A stretch of 64,000 nt of DNA, from the NCBI RefSeq assembly GCF_036365525.1, contig NC_090385.1:48885130-48949129 (forward strand). Reading direction: 5' to 3'. Both the position numbers and the translations under genes were made by a program. Below the pieces are notes generated by a model that saw nothing but the letters and a program-made list of their open reading frames with translations, was not told where the DNA came from and did not search any database. This DNA is from Heterodontus francisci. Its lineage: Eukaryota. Shown piece by piece: positions 37,309 through 49,702 of this stretch (positions are counted from its first letter, which is position 1; each line of letters opens with the position of its first letter).

Positions 37309-40268
37309 TTATTTGTTCATTAATGTTTTAATTGAGCGAGTAAATGTGCTCACTACTGTAGCTACTGATGTTGACTGCTTTGTTAAATGATGTGCAGATG
37401 TCTTACTTGATGATTCCTCTGCTGCTCGGAGTAAAAACGTGTAGTTGACCACCACTTCCTCCACTTTTGAGAGGAGCTCTCTGCACTGCCTTTCTGATCG
37501 CACAATATAAACCAAACACACAAAGGTCTCAATGAGGCCACAGAGCACTTGAAAGCTAGTTGAGATAGCTGCAAGCATGCGTGATGGGCTTTTGTCTACA
37601 GCTGCCACTCTCCTACATGCAGTTCGCAGCTCTTTAAACTTCAGTGTGAGTGTCTGTTTGTACTCATCCAGGTGAGACATGTAAAGTTTAGGACTGTGGT
37701 TTTCACGGTTTGCTGTGCATTGCCTTAAGATGGATAGCAATTCGCTAGTGTCCTGCTGGGCGGCAATAAAACCATCAGGTAACATATAGGCTCTATTCCG
37801 CAGAGCATTAATTCTTGTTATGTTGCTATCAGTATCACTCAATATTGCCTCCTGCTGTACATTGTCCCCGCTGCCATTGGAAACATTTTTGTCTGACATT
37901 TGATAAGGTTTAGCTAGTGTCTCACTGAGTGTCACTGAACTGTCAGACCTCAGGTCTGGAAGAAGCTGCATTGGTACTGAATATGAAAGTTCGTCCTTAT
38001 CACTGCTATCATCAGCTACATCACAATTTCTATAATAAAAACAGTACCTAAAGGAGCAGCATCTGTTGTTGCTGGCCATGTCTCCTTTGAGAAGTGGCAC
38101 TGACCTTGATGGTTTGAATTCTCCCTGAATAGAGAAAATTGCTGGAGACCTTTGTTTTTTGTCTGTATTGGAAATGTGTGCATAAGATGGGTCATCAAAC
38201 TGGTCTGGCTCCTGGCACTGGTTTTTAAGGACTTTTCTTATAAATTCGCTCCCTTTTTCCAGATTCCTAGATTCTTCTGCCTTGGATATGGCCATATTTG
38301 TACTGTTTTCTGAACATTCTGATATAATTTCATTTATTTCTACCTCAGAGACTATATTGGTGGCACTGTGGTAACGCTCCAGTTTCCTGCCAAGGGGCAT
38401 TTTCAGGCAATCACCTCGTCCCATCATGCAAAACGCACCAGGCTGCTGTTCAGATCTATAGTCACTGGACTCCAGACTTGAGGTCCGCCTCCGAGTGGCT
38501 TTTTGTTTGGTGCTGATATCAGATGCAGAAGGGACAACACTGGTTTTAGGCTGCTTGTGAACACAAGACCCTTTGGCTCTCTCTGCTTTTTGTAATTCTA
38601 TAGTACTCGGGATTGATGGAAAACACATTGAGCTGCAAGCCAATCCTCGACGTTTACAGTCACAGCTGCGACGTTGTTCTCGGGATAATCCTGGAATGTT
38701 TCCAACGGGGCTGCTTTTGATTTGACAAGGGCAATGTCCAGACGCTATGCGGTATAAGTAATCTTCTGCAAACACGTCAACTTTGGTTTTGGGCTTGAGT
38801 AATTCTTCAAGAAACTCAAGTTCATATTGTTTCACTTTTTGAAGTTGCTCCTGCCTCTCATCACTTTCTTTCTTAAACCTTGCTGGGAAAGTAGCTGAGA
38901 AAAGATTTTTAAAGTTCAGCAAGGAGCCTTTCTGTGTCTTAGCTTTATCAGGAATAAGAGATGTGTGCTGTTTAGCATCAAAGACATTTTCGAATGCTGG
39001 AGATGATGTGACATGTGTCAAAGTAACACCACTCAGACTGGAAGGATTGGAACAGATTGGGATGCCAATAGTTTTTTCTGAACTAATATTTGTTTTACAA
39101 GAACATGTGTGGCCCTGACGTTTCATCTTTTCAGTACTATCTTGCTGTGCTGTGTTGTTATCCAGTCCTAAAGTGGCAATAGGGTATTTATAAGGACTAA
39201 GATAACATTCTCGACTTGGGGAACCAGTTCTCTTAGGTTGACTTTCCTTTTCTGTTTTGATGTAATCATTCTTATGACCAGCTGGTACATCCACCAAATC
39301 TATAAGATCCTTATTGAATAATGCTGAGATTTCCTTACCTGTTGCTGGCTGATACTTCCTATTGCTCACTTTCACATATGCCACTTCATTGTTTTTTGGT
39401 GTGCAAGTATGGAAGACAGTTGTTCTGTGGCCCTGAGAATCTACCTGTCTTTGCACAGGTACCTCAGTCTTCAATAAATGACATTCACATGGTCTGGAGC
39501 TTCCTTCATACTTCAAATGCTCACTTTTTGAAGCATCACATTCAACACAGCTATCTGTGTAACTGGAAATTGGAGGAGTATTGTTTGTTGAACCACAGCT
39601 AAATAAATTTTCTTGGTTGGTTTCAGGCTTTGAGATTCTGGGGCTATTTCCACAGTTCCTGCCATTCAACAACTGTTTGATACATGTTCTGTCACCTCCT
39701 ACATGAAGAAATGATTTGTCTTCACTCTGAATTGTTATCTCTTCAGGACAGAAACTCTTCAGTTTCTTGGAAAAGTCTCCTTTTGATTGAACAGTTTGTT
39801 GTTTATACATATTTTCTTCCACAATCTTCGGACAACTAGGACAACTCTGTTGTAAAACAGGTTTTAAAATAATATTATCTGGCCGGTTTATGGTCTCATT
39901 AGAATGAGTGAATACCTGAGGTCTCATGTGAACTGTACAATATCCTGTCACATTTCCAGGTTTCAGTCTAATGGAACTAGACAAGGGACTCTGTTTAGAT
40001 GAAGCAACTGCAGATAAAGTATTTGCTTCTTCACAATGTCTCTTTGGACAAGGAACTCCTCTGAAGGCAGCTTGTGCACAGCATCTAACAGCACTCAAGG
40101 GAACATCTTTTTTCATAATTAGACCAGCTTTGTTTCCCTGATAAGCAAGTAAATGGTGCTGTTTGATTGCTGAGACCATTTCAGAGATGTCTGTCATTTC
40201 TGAAGAGTTTGTTTCATGGCCGGAATCCAGGGATGACTCTGGGGTCATAGCTGCCAATACAATCAAAC
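37309..40268 (-). CDS. FRMPD3: FERM and PDZ domain-containing protein 3, last coding exon (~986 codons)
   Basis: 985-aa ORF starting at acceptor ...gatccacAG|GT TTG ATT (AG at 40270-40269, phase 1). (G)LIVLAAMTPESSLDSGHETNSSEMTDISEMVSAIKQH matches FRMPD3 rather than FRMPD4 (AYSPESSSDSGNETNSS). Ends in a helical C-terminal region, STFTRSIKTLMNK*. Confidence 0.92.
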
Positions 40269-40399
40269 CTGTGGATCACAATAGAAAACAAATATCTTAT
40301 GATATTGAAATAGCAACTGGAGAACATGTAGCTGAGGGAATCCCAATTATTGTCATCATTTTCCTGTCGAAATAAAACCTTAACCACGTAAGAAAGAAA

Positions 40400-40930
40400 T
40401 TTGACTGAGGTATCTAAAATAATGAAGGGACTGGACTGTATCCATGTGGATAGACTACAGGAATTAGATAGGTTAAGATGAGCAGGTTACATGCATACAT
40501 GTTACATAACAATAGAACTTGGTTAGATGTCAGTAGGTTTTTCTTTTCACAGGGGGTCACAGGCCTCTAAGACAAGTTGCTGGTTTGTGTAATGAGTGCA
40601 CTGCAAATGTTAAAAGGGGATCTAGATGAGTTCCTGGTGGAGGTTGATATCATCACTTATAAAGGGGAGGGATGTTGGGTGATATGCCTTATGGTCACTC
40701 TGATTTCTTGGAACTTGTTTTGATCACCATTAAAGGTCAGAAAGGAATTTGCCAGAATTCTTCTTTTACCTGAATTAGCCTTTGTTTATTAATCTTGTTT
40801 TCTGCCTCTCCCTGGAAATTACATGCCTTCTGGTACATGGGAGCATTTGGAGTCATGATGCTTATTTGCAACAGGACTGTTTGGGACAACCTCAATGGAC
40901 CAGCTGAGCTTTTCCTGTCTGTCATTTTCA
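40400..40930 (+). mobile_element. Old CR1-like 3' fragment
   Basis: ttgactgaggtatctaaaataatgaaggg (LxEVxKIMKG) and a tail aatggaccagctgagcttttcctgtc. Confidence 0.55.
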
Positions 40931-40984
40931 CATGTTCCTATGTACTCTTATTTTGGTTCATCATGACTTATTATAGGTGCCATC

Positions 40985-41420
40985 CATGGCTCAGTGGTAA
41001 TACTCCTCTGAGTCAGAAGATTGCGTGTTCATACCCCATACCAGAGTCTTGAGCACAAAATCAAGGTTGACACTCTAGTGCATTACTAAGGGAGTGCAGT
41101 ACTGTCGGACGTGCCATCTTTCGGATGAGACATTAAAGCAAGGCCAGTCAGCCCTTTCAGGTGGATGTAAAGATCCCAAAATACTATTTTGAAAAACAGC
41201 AGGAGAATTCTCTCTGGTGTACTGGCCAATATTTATCCCTCAACCAACATCATTAAAAACACAGACTATCTTGTCATTGTCACATTTCTGTTTGTGGCAG
41301 CTTGCTGTGTGCAAATTGACTGCCATGTTTCCTATATTACAACAGTGACTACACTGTAAAAGTACTTCATTAGTTGTAAAGCTCTTTGGGACTTCTTGAG
41401 GTCATGAAATGTTCTATATT
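40985..41420 (+). mobile_element. Deu-domain SINE (SacSINE1-like), near full length
   Basis: tggctcagtggta head; Deu core gtgccatctttcggatgagacattaaa...aaagatccca...ggtgtactggccaatattt. Confidence 0.85.
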
Positions 41421-41514
41421 TTCTTTCTACTGATGCAGAAAACATTTCTCAGAGATTTACTTAGTTTCTACAACTCACTCATTCCTCCTTACTTCTTATT
41501 GACTGAATAAAACT

Positions 41515-41870
41515 GATTAGATTAGATTAGAGATACAGCACTGAAACAGGCCCTTCGGCCCACCGAGTCTGTGCCGAACATCAACCACCCATTTATACTA
41601 ATCCTACACTAATCCCATATTCCTACCAAACATCCCCACCTGTCCCTATATTTCCCTACCACCTACCTATACTAGTGACAATTTATAATGGCCAATTTAC
41701 CTATCAACCTGCAAGTCTTTTGGCTTGTGGGAGGAAACCGGAGCACCCGGAGAAAACCCACGCAGACACAGGGAGAACTTGCAAACTCCACACAGGCAGT
41801 ACCCGGAATCGAACCCGGGTCCCTGGAGCTGTGAGGCTGCGGTGCTAACCACTGCGCCACTGTGCCGCCC
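41515..41870 (-). mobile_element. HE1-like V-SINE, full length, young
   Basis: Intact A box (TGGCGCAGTGG) and B box (GGTTCGATTCC), V-domain, (TAATC)n tail and retained CpGs. Confidence 0.93.
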
Positions 41871-41924
41871 TTTTGATTTGTTCATCACTAGTCAACTGGA
41901 TTGGAAATATAACAGATATGACCT

Positions 41925-44720
41925 ATGAACATACAGAGAAACATATGAATTAGGAGCAGGAGTAGGCCATTCGGCCCCTTGAGCCTGCTTTGTCATTTGA
42001 TAAGATCATGGCTGATCTGAATGTCCACTTTCCTGTCTGTTCCTCATAACACTTGATTCCTTTGTCTATCAAGAATCTAACTCAGCCTTGAATATATTCA
42101 ATGACCCAGCCTCTACTGCTCTCTGAGGAAGCGAATGCCACAGATGAATGACCCTCTGAGAGAAAAGATTTCTCCTCATCTCCATCTTAAATGGGAGACG
42201 CCTTATTTTTAAACTGTGTCCCCTAATTCTAGTCTCGCCCACAAGTAGAAACATTCTTCCAGCATCCATCCTGTCAAGTCCCCTCAGGATCTTATATGTT
42301 TCAATAAGATTACCTCTCATTCTTCTAAACTCCAATGGTTATAGGCCCAATCTGTTCAAGCTTTCCTCACAAGAAAACCTCTTCATCCCAGAAATCAGTT
42401 GAATGAACCTTCTCTGAACTGCTTCTAATGCAATTTTATCCTTTCTTAAGAAAGGAGACCAAAATTGTACACAGTACTCCAGACGTGTCTCACTAAAGCA
42501 TTGTACAGCTGTAGCAAAACTTCCCTACTTTTGTAATATATTCCCCTTGTAATGAACGACAAGGTTCCATTTGCCTTCTTAATTACTTGCTGTAACTGCA
42601 TACTAAGTTTTTGTGATTCATGTGCCAGGACACTCAGATCCCCTCTATACTGCAGAGTTCTGCACTCCCTCCATTTAAATAATATAATGCTTTTCTATTC
42701 TTCCTGCCAAAGTGGACAAGTTCACATTTTCCCACATTATACTCCATCTGCCAAATTTTTGCCCGCTCACTTATCTATATCCCTTTGTAGACTCTTTATG
42801 TCCTCCTAACAACTTATCTTCCTACCTATCTTTGTGTCATCTGCAAATTTAGCTACCATACATTCATCCAAGTCATTGATGTAGATTGTAAATAGTTGAG
42901 GTCCCAGCACTGATCCCTGTGGCACTCCACTAGTCACATCCTGCCAACCTGAAAATGACCCATTTATCCCTACTCTCTGCTTCCTATTAGCTAACCAGTC
43001 CTCCTATTAGCCCCTACATGATGAGCTCTTATTTTGTGTAGTAACCTTTGATGACTTTATCAAATGCCTTTGGAAATCCAAGTACACCACACCTACAGGT
43101 TTCCCTTTATTCACGTTGCTTGTTACTTCCTCAAAGAACTCTAATAAATTAGTCAAACATGATTTCCCATGTTCAAAACCATGTTGCATCTGCCTGATCG
43201 CATTATGATTTTCTAAATGTCCTGCTAGAACCTCCTTAATAATGGATTCTAGAATTTTCCCTATATGACAGATGTTAGGCTAACAGGCCTATGGTTTCCT
43301 GCTTTCTGTTTCCCTCCTTTCTTGAATAGAGGTGTTATATTAGCTATTTTCCAATCCATTGGGACCTTTCCGGAATCTAGGGAATTTTGGAAGATCACAA
43401 CTAATGGATTTATTATCTCTGCAGGCACTTCTTTTAAGACCCAGTTGGCAGGCAACAAGATCCTGGGGACTTGCCAGCCTTTAGCTCTAATAGTTTTCCC
43501 AGTACCTTTTCCTTGGTGATTGTGATTGTTTTAAGTTCTTCCTTCCCCTTTACCTCTTGTTTTTCAAGTATCTTTGGGATGTTTTTTGTGTCTTCTACAG
43601 TGAAGACAGACACAAAATACTTGTCCAACGCTTCCGCCATTTCCTTGTTGCCAATATTAATTCCCCAGCCTCACTCTCTAGAGGACCAATGCTCACTTGA
43701 GTTACTTTTTTTCTTTTTAAATACTTGCAGAAACTCTTACTTAATTGGCAGGTGGTGGCGTAGTGGCATTGTCACTGGACTAGTAACCCAGGGTACTTTT
43801 CTGGGGACATGGGCTTGAATCTCCCCAAGGCAGAAGGTGCAATTTGAATTCAATTAATACAAATGGGACATTAAATCGATGTCCCATCTGCTTGCTCAGG
43901 TGAATGTAAAAGACTCTGTGGCACTGTTTTAGATGGGGAGATGGTGGCATAGTGGTAATGTCACTGGGCTAGTAATCCTGAGCCCAGGCTAATGCCATGG
44001 GAACACAGGTTCAAATCCCACCATGGCAGCTGGTGGAATTTATAAAGGAATAATGTACAGGGTTATGGGAAGAAGGCAGGTGAATGGAACTGAGCGAGTT
44101 GCTCTTTCATAGAGCCGGTACAGACACGATGGGCTGAATGGCCTCCTTCTGTGCTGTAACAATTCAGTGATTTGTTTTATATTTCTAGCTAGCTTTCTCT
44201 CATATTCTAATTGATCCCTTTTTTTTAAAGTCATTCTTTGCTGGTTTTTAAAATCGGTACAATTTTCTGATCTACCAGTAATCTTTGCAGAATTGTATGC
44301 TTTTTCTTTCAGTTTGATACTATCTTTAACTTCCTTAGTTAGCCACGGATGATGCATCCTTCTCCTAGAGTCTTTCTTTCTCACTGTAATATATCTATGC
44401 TGAGAGTTATGAAATTTCTCTTTAAATGTCTGCCATTGCTTCTCTACTGTCCTATCTTTTAACTGAATTTCCAAGTTCACTTTAGTAAACTCTGTCTTCA
44501 AACCCTTTATTTAAATTTAAAACACTAGTCTTAGACCCACACTTCTCACCCTCAAACTGAATGTGAAATTCTATCATGTTATGATTACTGTTGCTTAGAG
44601 GCTCCTTTATTAGAGGTCATTAATTAACCCTGTCTCATTGCACATTGCCAGGCTTAGAATGGCCTGCTCCCTGGTTGGCACTTTAACGTGCTGCTCTAAG
44701 AAATTGTCCTGAATGCATTC
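41925..44720 (-). mobile_element. CR1 LINE, degenerate, with an internal composite insertion
   Basis: QHGFEHGKSCLTNLLEFFE, WKIANITPLFKKG and EFRRMRGNLIETYKIL on the minus strand. Confidence 0.93.
43745..44165 (+). mobile_element. Composite SINE insertion (two tRNA-like heads, Deu fragment, CR1 tail)
   Basis: tggcgtagtgg at ~43756, tggcatagtgg...ggttcaaatcc at ~43945-44018, caggtgaatgtaaaagac at ~43897 and gggctgaatggcctccttctgtgctgtaa at ~44131. Confidence 0.65.
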
Positions 44721-45135
44721 TAATTTCAGCCAATCACTCATTTTCCCTCTCCTGAGATATCATGCTCTGTACAGTGACACCCTGAAATGTAATACTTTCA
44801 TATTTAATACCTTTAAAAGCATGATGTGATGGACAAGTTCTAAATGTAAAACTTCTAATTATATAGTACTAGTCAGATTTAGCTGACCACCTACTTACAT
44901 GTTGCTGATCCTGACAGTCCTGTCTGTGAAGAAAATAGCCTGTCATATTTTAGCTGTGAGGATGGGATGGTCGGGTAGACTATTTGCTGTTGAGAGTTTC
45001 TCGTATGACCTGTTCAGAGGCAGGTACAGACAGAGGACTGGTGAAAACTTGGGAGACATTGCCTGACCTGTCCAGGTGCTATTGGCCGAATCTGCAAGTT
45101 GACCACTATTCTCTTGAGCAAAGATTTCTCACGAC

Positions 45136-45835
45136 GGATGGATTTTCCAGTGGGCATTGGAATCTCAACGTTGAGCCCATATGAGAGTGCTGGGCCTGCC
45201 CATGTCATCAGAATGCCCCCTAGTGCAACCTGCTGGGAGGTGGCCTAATTGGCCGCTTCCATGCTCACCGTCCTCAGGCTCTTGATGCTGCAGGCCAACT
45301 CAGATGTCAGGACAGCAGCCCCATGGGGAGAGGCGTGTGCTGTCGAGGCAGGCAGGCAAGTGTGAGGCACCGCAACATGGAGTTTCCCTCGGCTGCCTGC
45401 ACTGAAGCTATAAATTTAAGGCCCAATGTGAGTACGCCCATCGGGTTGGAGTGGAAACCCCTCCGCAGGCCTATTCAAGGTCAGGCCGTGGTCTTTCATT
45501 ACTGCGGCCCCGTCATTGGGGCATAGTGTCTCTGGCTCCATTGGCCCCCTGGCCTTTCACAGGGAGGTCGCCTTAATTGAGCTGGCAGCCTCCACACACG
45601 GCGAGGGGACCACTCCAACGTTAGTAAAATACCTGCGCCTGTGCAAAATGGTTCCTAAGTGGACCTTAATTGGATTAGGTTGAAGCAGGTGCTTGACCAG
45701 GTTCCCAGCCCACCCTGGGAATGTCCCCCGCCAGAGACGGGAATACGTTGGGCAGCTGTCCTGATGTGGCTCCTCCCCATTTTCACAGCCCACCGCCTCC
45801 AATTCGGTCTCCAGGCGCCTGGAAAAATCCAGCCC
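45136..45835. mobile_element. MITE (Harbinger-type)
   Basis: ggatggattttcc ... ggaaaaatccagccc termini with a GC-rich interior. Confidence 0.6.
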
Positions 45836-45999
45836 AAGGTCTGCAAACTCCCCTCTATTTAATTACCACATCTGTCAAAATGGTTTTTATTCTGTAGACC
45901 ACAATACCTTGACAACATTTTGAGAGATGCTGGGACTGTACTTGTCAGCTTTGTGCCTGAGGTTCCCATTGTAGATTGTAGATGTTTCCTGAGGTGCTA

Positions 46000-46290
46000 C
46001 AAGCCACACAACAAGCTCCCAAATCTGTGACCTCTGCCATCTAGAAGGACAAGGGCAGCAGGCACATGGGAACACCACCACCTCCAAGTTCCCCTCCAAG
46101 TTACGCACCATCCTGATTTGGAAATATATCAACATGTGTTCATCGTTTAACTGCTTGGTGGGAGTACCTTCACCGTGCAGACTGCAGTTGTTCCAAAAGA
46201 TGGTTCACCACCACATTCTCAAGGGCAATTTAGGATGGGCAATAAATGCTGGCCTTGCCAGCAAGACCCACATCCTGTAAATGAATAAAA
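46000..46290 (+). mobile_element. LINE 3' end fragment (CR1/L2-type)
   Basis: Homologous to 325-545 (reverse). Confidence 0.65.
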
Positions 46291-47433
46291 ACATTGCAAT
46301 CTGCACAGCAAAAATCGCTTGTGGTATGGCACTGCCCAGCTGTGTGCCAACCCTTTGTATTGTGATCAGCAATGATGTATGTGGATAGTGCACCCACACG
46401 TTACTGTCGTATCCTCAGTTGCACAGCTAGATGATATGAATCACAATGCGAATCAAAAGGTTCTGTGATGATACTAGGTCTTTAGTTACGTAGCCTTCTT
46501 CAGTCTTCAGGTCTGCCCCTTTTCACATTTGCGTGAACTCACTCTTTCATTTTTACTCTAAATCTGTACTGCATTGTGTATGTCTGACTGGTGCATGTGT
46601 ACCTCTGGCTGGTGCATGCTTCAAGTGAGGATGATGCAACGTGCTGTGATGTAGCTTGGTGCTGAGGGGACCTGTCTTGCTGTTCTTGGGGTTACACCAT
46701 ATCTGCAAAAAGGAGAAAGGGAACATCAGTGAAACAGCATACTGTCATGTAATGGCTGTACAGGCAATATATGGCACATTTTACAGAAAACAACATTCAT
46801 TGATTCATTTGAAACAATTGCACAGATAAGGTACACAATTTCAGTTGCACAAACCAGGAAGTGCATTCCTTTCCTCCAGCTTGCATGTCACCAGTGCTCT
46901 AACCTGACTTCCATCTGATGACTTGTATTATAGTCTTCATGGAGGGAGTGAACAGATTGGATTGCTGAGACCCTCCACCTGCCTGCACTCTGTGCCTTTA
47001 GCTTTGCGCTGACTTTTCTGTATGAACAAAAAGATTTTACATTGAATGAATGGATATTGTGTATTGTACATTCCAGGCTGTGGTAGCTCTATGATGTTAT
47101 ACATAGCTTATTTCAAAATACCTTGCCTACAGAAAATACGGAAGCAGGATGAGACTATTATAATTGTCATCCATCCTTCTGAATAGTTATAGTTAGTCTT
47201 CAATCTTTCTCAGCTGCATCATGTCAGATGATTCTTTTTTGCTTTGCTGTACTAGTTCTCAACCATCTTGATACTTGCTTTTCTGTTCCAAGCTAAGTAT
47301 ACTTAGATACTCAAGAAAGTTCTTCAACATATTCACAAAAGCAAAATACTGCGAATGGTGGAAACCTGAAATAAAAACAGAAAATGCTGGAAATACTCAG
47401 CAGGTCTGGCAGCATCTGTGGCGAGAGAAACAG

Positions 47434-47470
47434 AGTTAATGTTTAAGGTCACTGACCTCTCATCAGAACT
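47434..47470 (-). ncRNA. Hammerhead-like motif in PLE terminus (GAAA box mutated)
   Basis: AGUU-CUGAUGA-G-AGGUC-AGU-GACCU-UAAAC-AUU-AACU: perfect stems I and II, but GAAA is UAAA. Confidence 0.5.
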
Positions 47471-47586
47471 GGAAAAAGTTAGAGATGTAACAGGTGTTAA
47501 GCAAGTACAGAGGCACGGAAAGGGAAGTGGGGAGGAAAGAAAAAAGGGAATTGGTCTGTGATAGGGTGGAAGGCAGGAGAGATTAA

Positions 47587-49702
47587 GAGTGAAAAATTAG
47601 ACTTCGTAGTGCTGCCTCCAACAGTGCTATGGAGGCCTAACACTGTTTTCCTGGGGTGCACTCAGCTGTCATCTGCTTCTGGTGAGGTGCGCATAGCACT
47701 CCCTCAAGACAAGGGCACCCGCCCCAGCATCCTCAGTATGCAATGGGACTCTGTGAAAGAGCATTATCCTGATGCCACACAGCCCAACCGGCTGATGTGA
47801 GGCCAGGACACCTAAATTGGACAATGCAGGCCCAGGCAACAAATTCGTATATCACTCTGTAAAGAGTAAGTTGCAAGATTGGCCTTGCACTAGCGTTACT
47901 TAAAGTGCCAAGCACCTAAATTGCAGTGAAGGTAACTTTTAAGAACTTCTGCTATTGCAAAGTATCTGGATGTGCTCTGGAGTGTTTTTCGAGGTGCTGA
48001 CATGAATTCCTGGATTTCCCAAAGAGCGCTGCTGCAACCTTACAGGGATGGTAGAGAAGTAGGTGGCTTGTCCACACGAAGGCTGCAACAGCGATGGGGC
48101 AACAGTTCCTCTGGGCCGGCAGCATGACAGGGAGATGGAGCATAGGCTGCAGAGAGGGCAAGCGCTATGAGATGTCCCCTGCCAACTTAGAGCCGAGCTC
48201 CTCCCGGCTTCTTAACAGTGACAGGAGGCTGTCTGGCAGGCCTATCAATACACCAAGCATCTCAGTGTGAATGCCCATCACTGCTCTACTCTCTGCCAGT
48301 CCATCGAGTTCCTCATCGACATCCTCTGCAGCAGAACTGGTCTGCATCCTCGCCCTCTTGTGAGCTAGCGAATGAACCATCCTTTACCCCTGGCCTGGCT
48401 GAAGCCCGGATGACTCACCACACATTGTTGCCAATGGTACACTTGCTTCCAAGATATGTGTGGTGCCAGTATGTGAGCTGGTGGCTGCAAGTGTCAGATC
48501 AAGAGATCAAGTGACAGGGCCTCTTCATCAGTGCTGTGCTGTTGCTCTCTCTCTTCCCTCTGGGGCTGTTGTGACTGGGCAGGCAGCAGTTCTTGGATAT
48601 CTGAAAGCTGGAAATCAGAAGGGAAACATTGGTGTCAGGGAAGGGGATGAGGTGAGAAGCAAGAGACCCATGTCACACCATCTGCAGCTTGCTCACGATG
48701 CCTGATAGCAGGATGAGGGTGAGCTGAGAATTGAGAAGGGGCATAAGACTGTCATCCTCAATGTTCTCAGTGATGCCGGATGCCATGGGCTCTATCTCAG
48801 TTAGCACAATGATACTGACAGCCATCTCCTCCATAGTGTTTAGGAGATGCAGGCGTCCTTGACTCCTACTGTTTCTGCTCTGTTCCCTACTAGTGTGTCC
48901 TTGTCCCGCAAGATAGAGGGCAGAATGCCAGTGATTGTGTAGCACTGTGTTTGGGTCATGTGTATGCCATAGCTGAATAGCTGGAGGTTTGTGTAGGCAG
49001 TAAGAGATGGGTGCGAGACTGGCAGCATTAATAGGTGTGTGAGGGTGAGGTGGATTATCTGGATGCTAGGCTTTAGTTCGATTGCCAGGGAATGCTGCTG
49101 GTTGAGTGATGGGAGTGTGGAGCATTGAGCAGCCTGAGAGGTTGGTGGTGTGGTGGGAGGAGATATTATGAGAATATACATTCACTGACGCTGACCACCT
49201 GTGTGAGCTCATTAGTCTTCTTGTGGCACTGCTGCCAGGTCCTTGGTTCTAGACTCCAGGAATTGTCTTCCCTGGCCACCTGCTCCCACTCCCTTCTAAG
49301 AGTGATTGAGGGTCTCCTAGCCCCCCCGGAACCAGGACAACTCTACTCATGGCCCTTCCACTGCTAATGCCTCCATTGCTACATCTGTCACCCTGGAACC
49401 CTCTCTCTGCTTTGGTGTTCCATTTTCCATGTTTTAAATTCCAGTCACATAATTCATTGCAGCTTCACTTTAAGAGGGACAGCTTGTCTTTAAGAAGAGC
49501 AGGCTGACTGGACCACATGTTCTCAGCACAACACTTTTCAGCCCCCTGCTGAGTGCAGAGAAAGTGCAATGAGGATGCCAGCAGCCAGGAACCCCTTCAC
49601 CCCATGCTACAGTCGGGTAAATGAGGTGGGAGCACCAAGATTGTGAACTGGCAGAGGCAGGTCACAAATTGCCCAAAATTGGGGCAGACGAATTGTTAAC
49701 CA
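47587..49702 (-). mobile_element. Non-autonomous Harbinger element carrying a Myb/SANT-like pseudogene
   Basis: TAA TSD (47584-47586, 49703-49705) and degenerate TIRs. Contains RTWQQCHKKTNEL and SSAAEDVDEELDG...MGIHTEMLG, homologous to 8290-10127. Confidence 0.8.

Noticed and set aside
41800-41870. tRNA gene
   Set aside because: The A/B boxes belong to the tRNA-derived head of a V-SINE and continue into the V-domain; the same applies to 16800-16874, 35163 and 51083.
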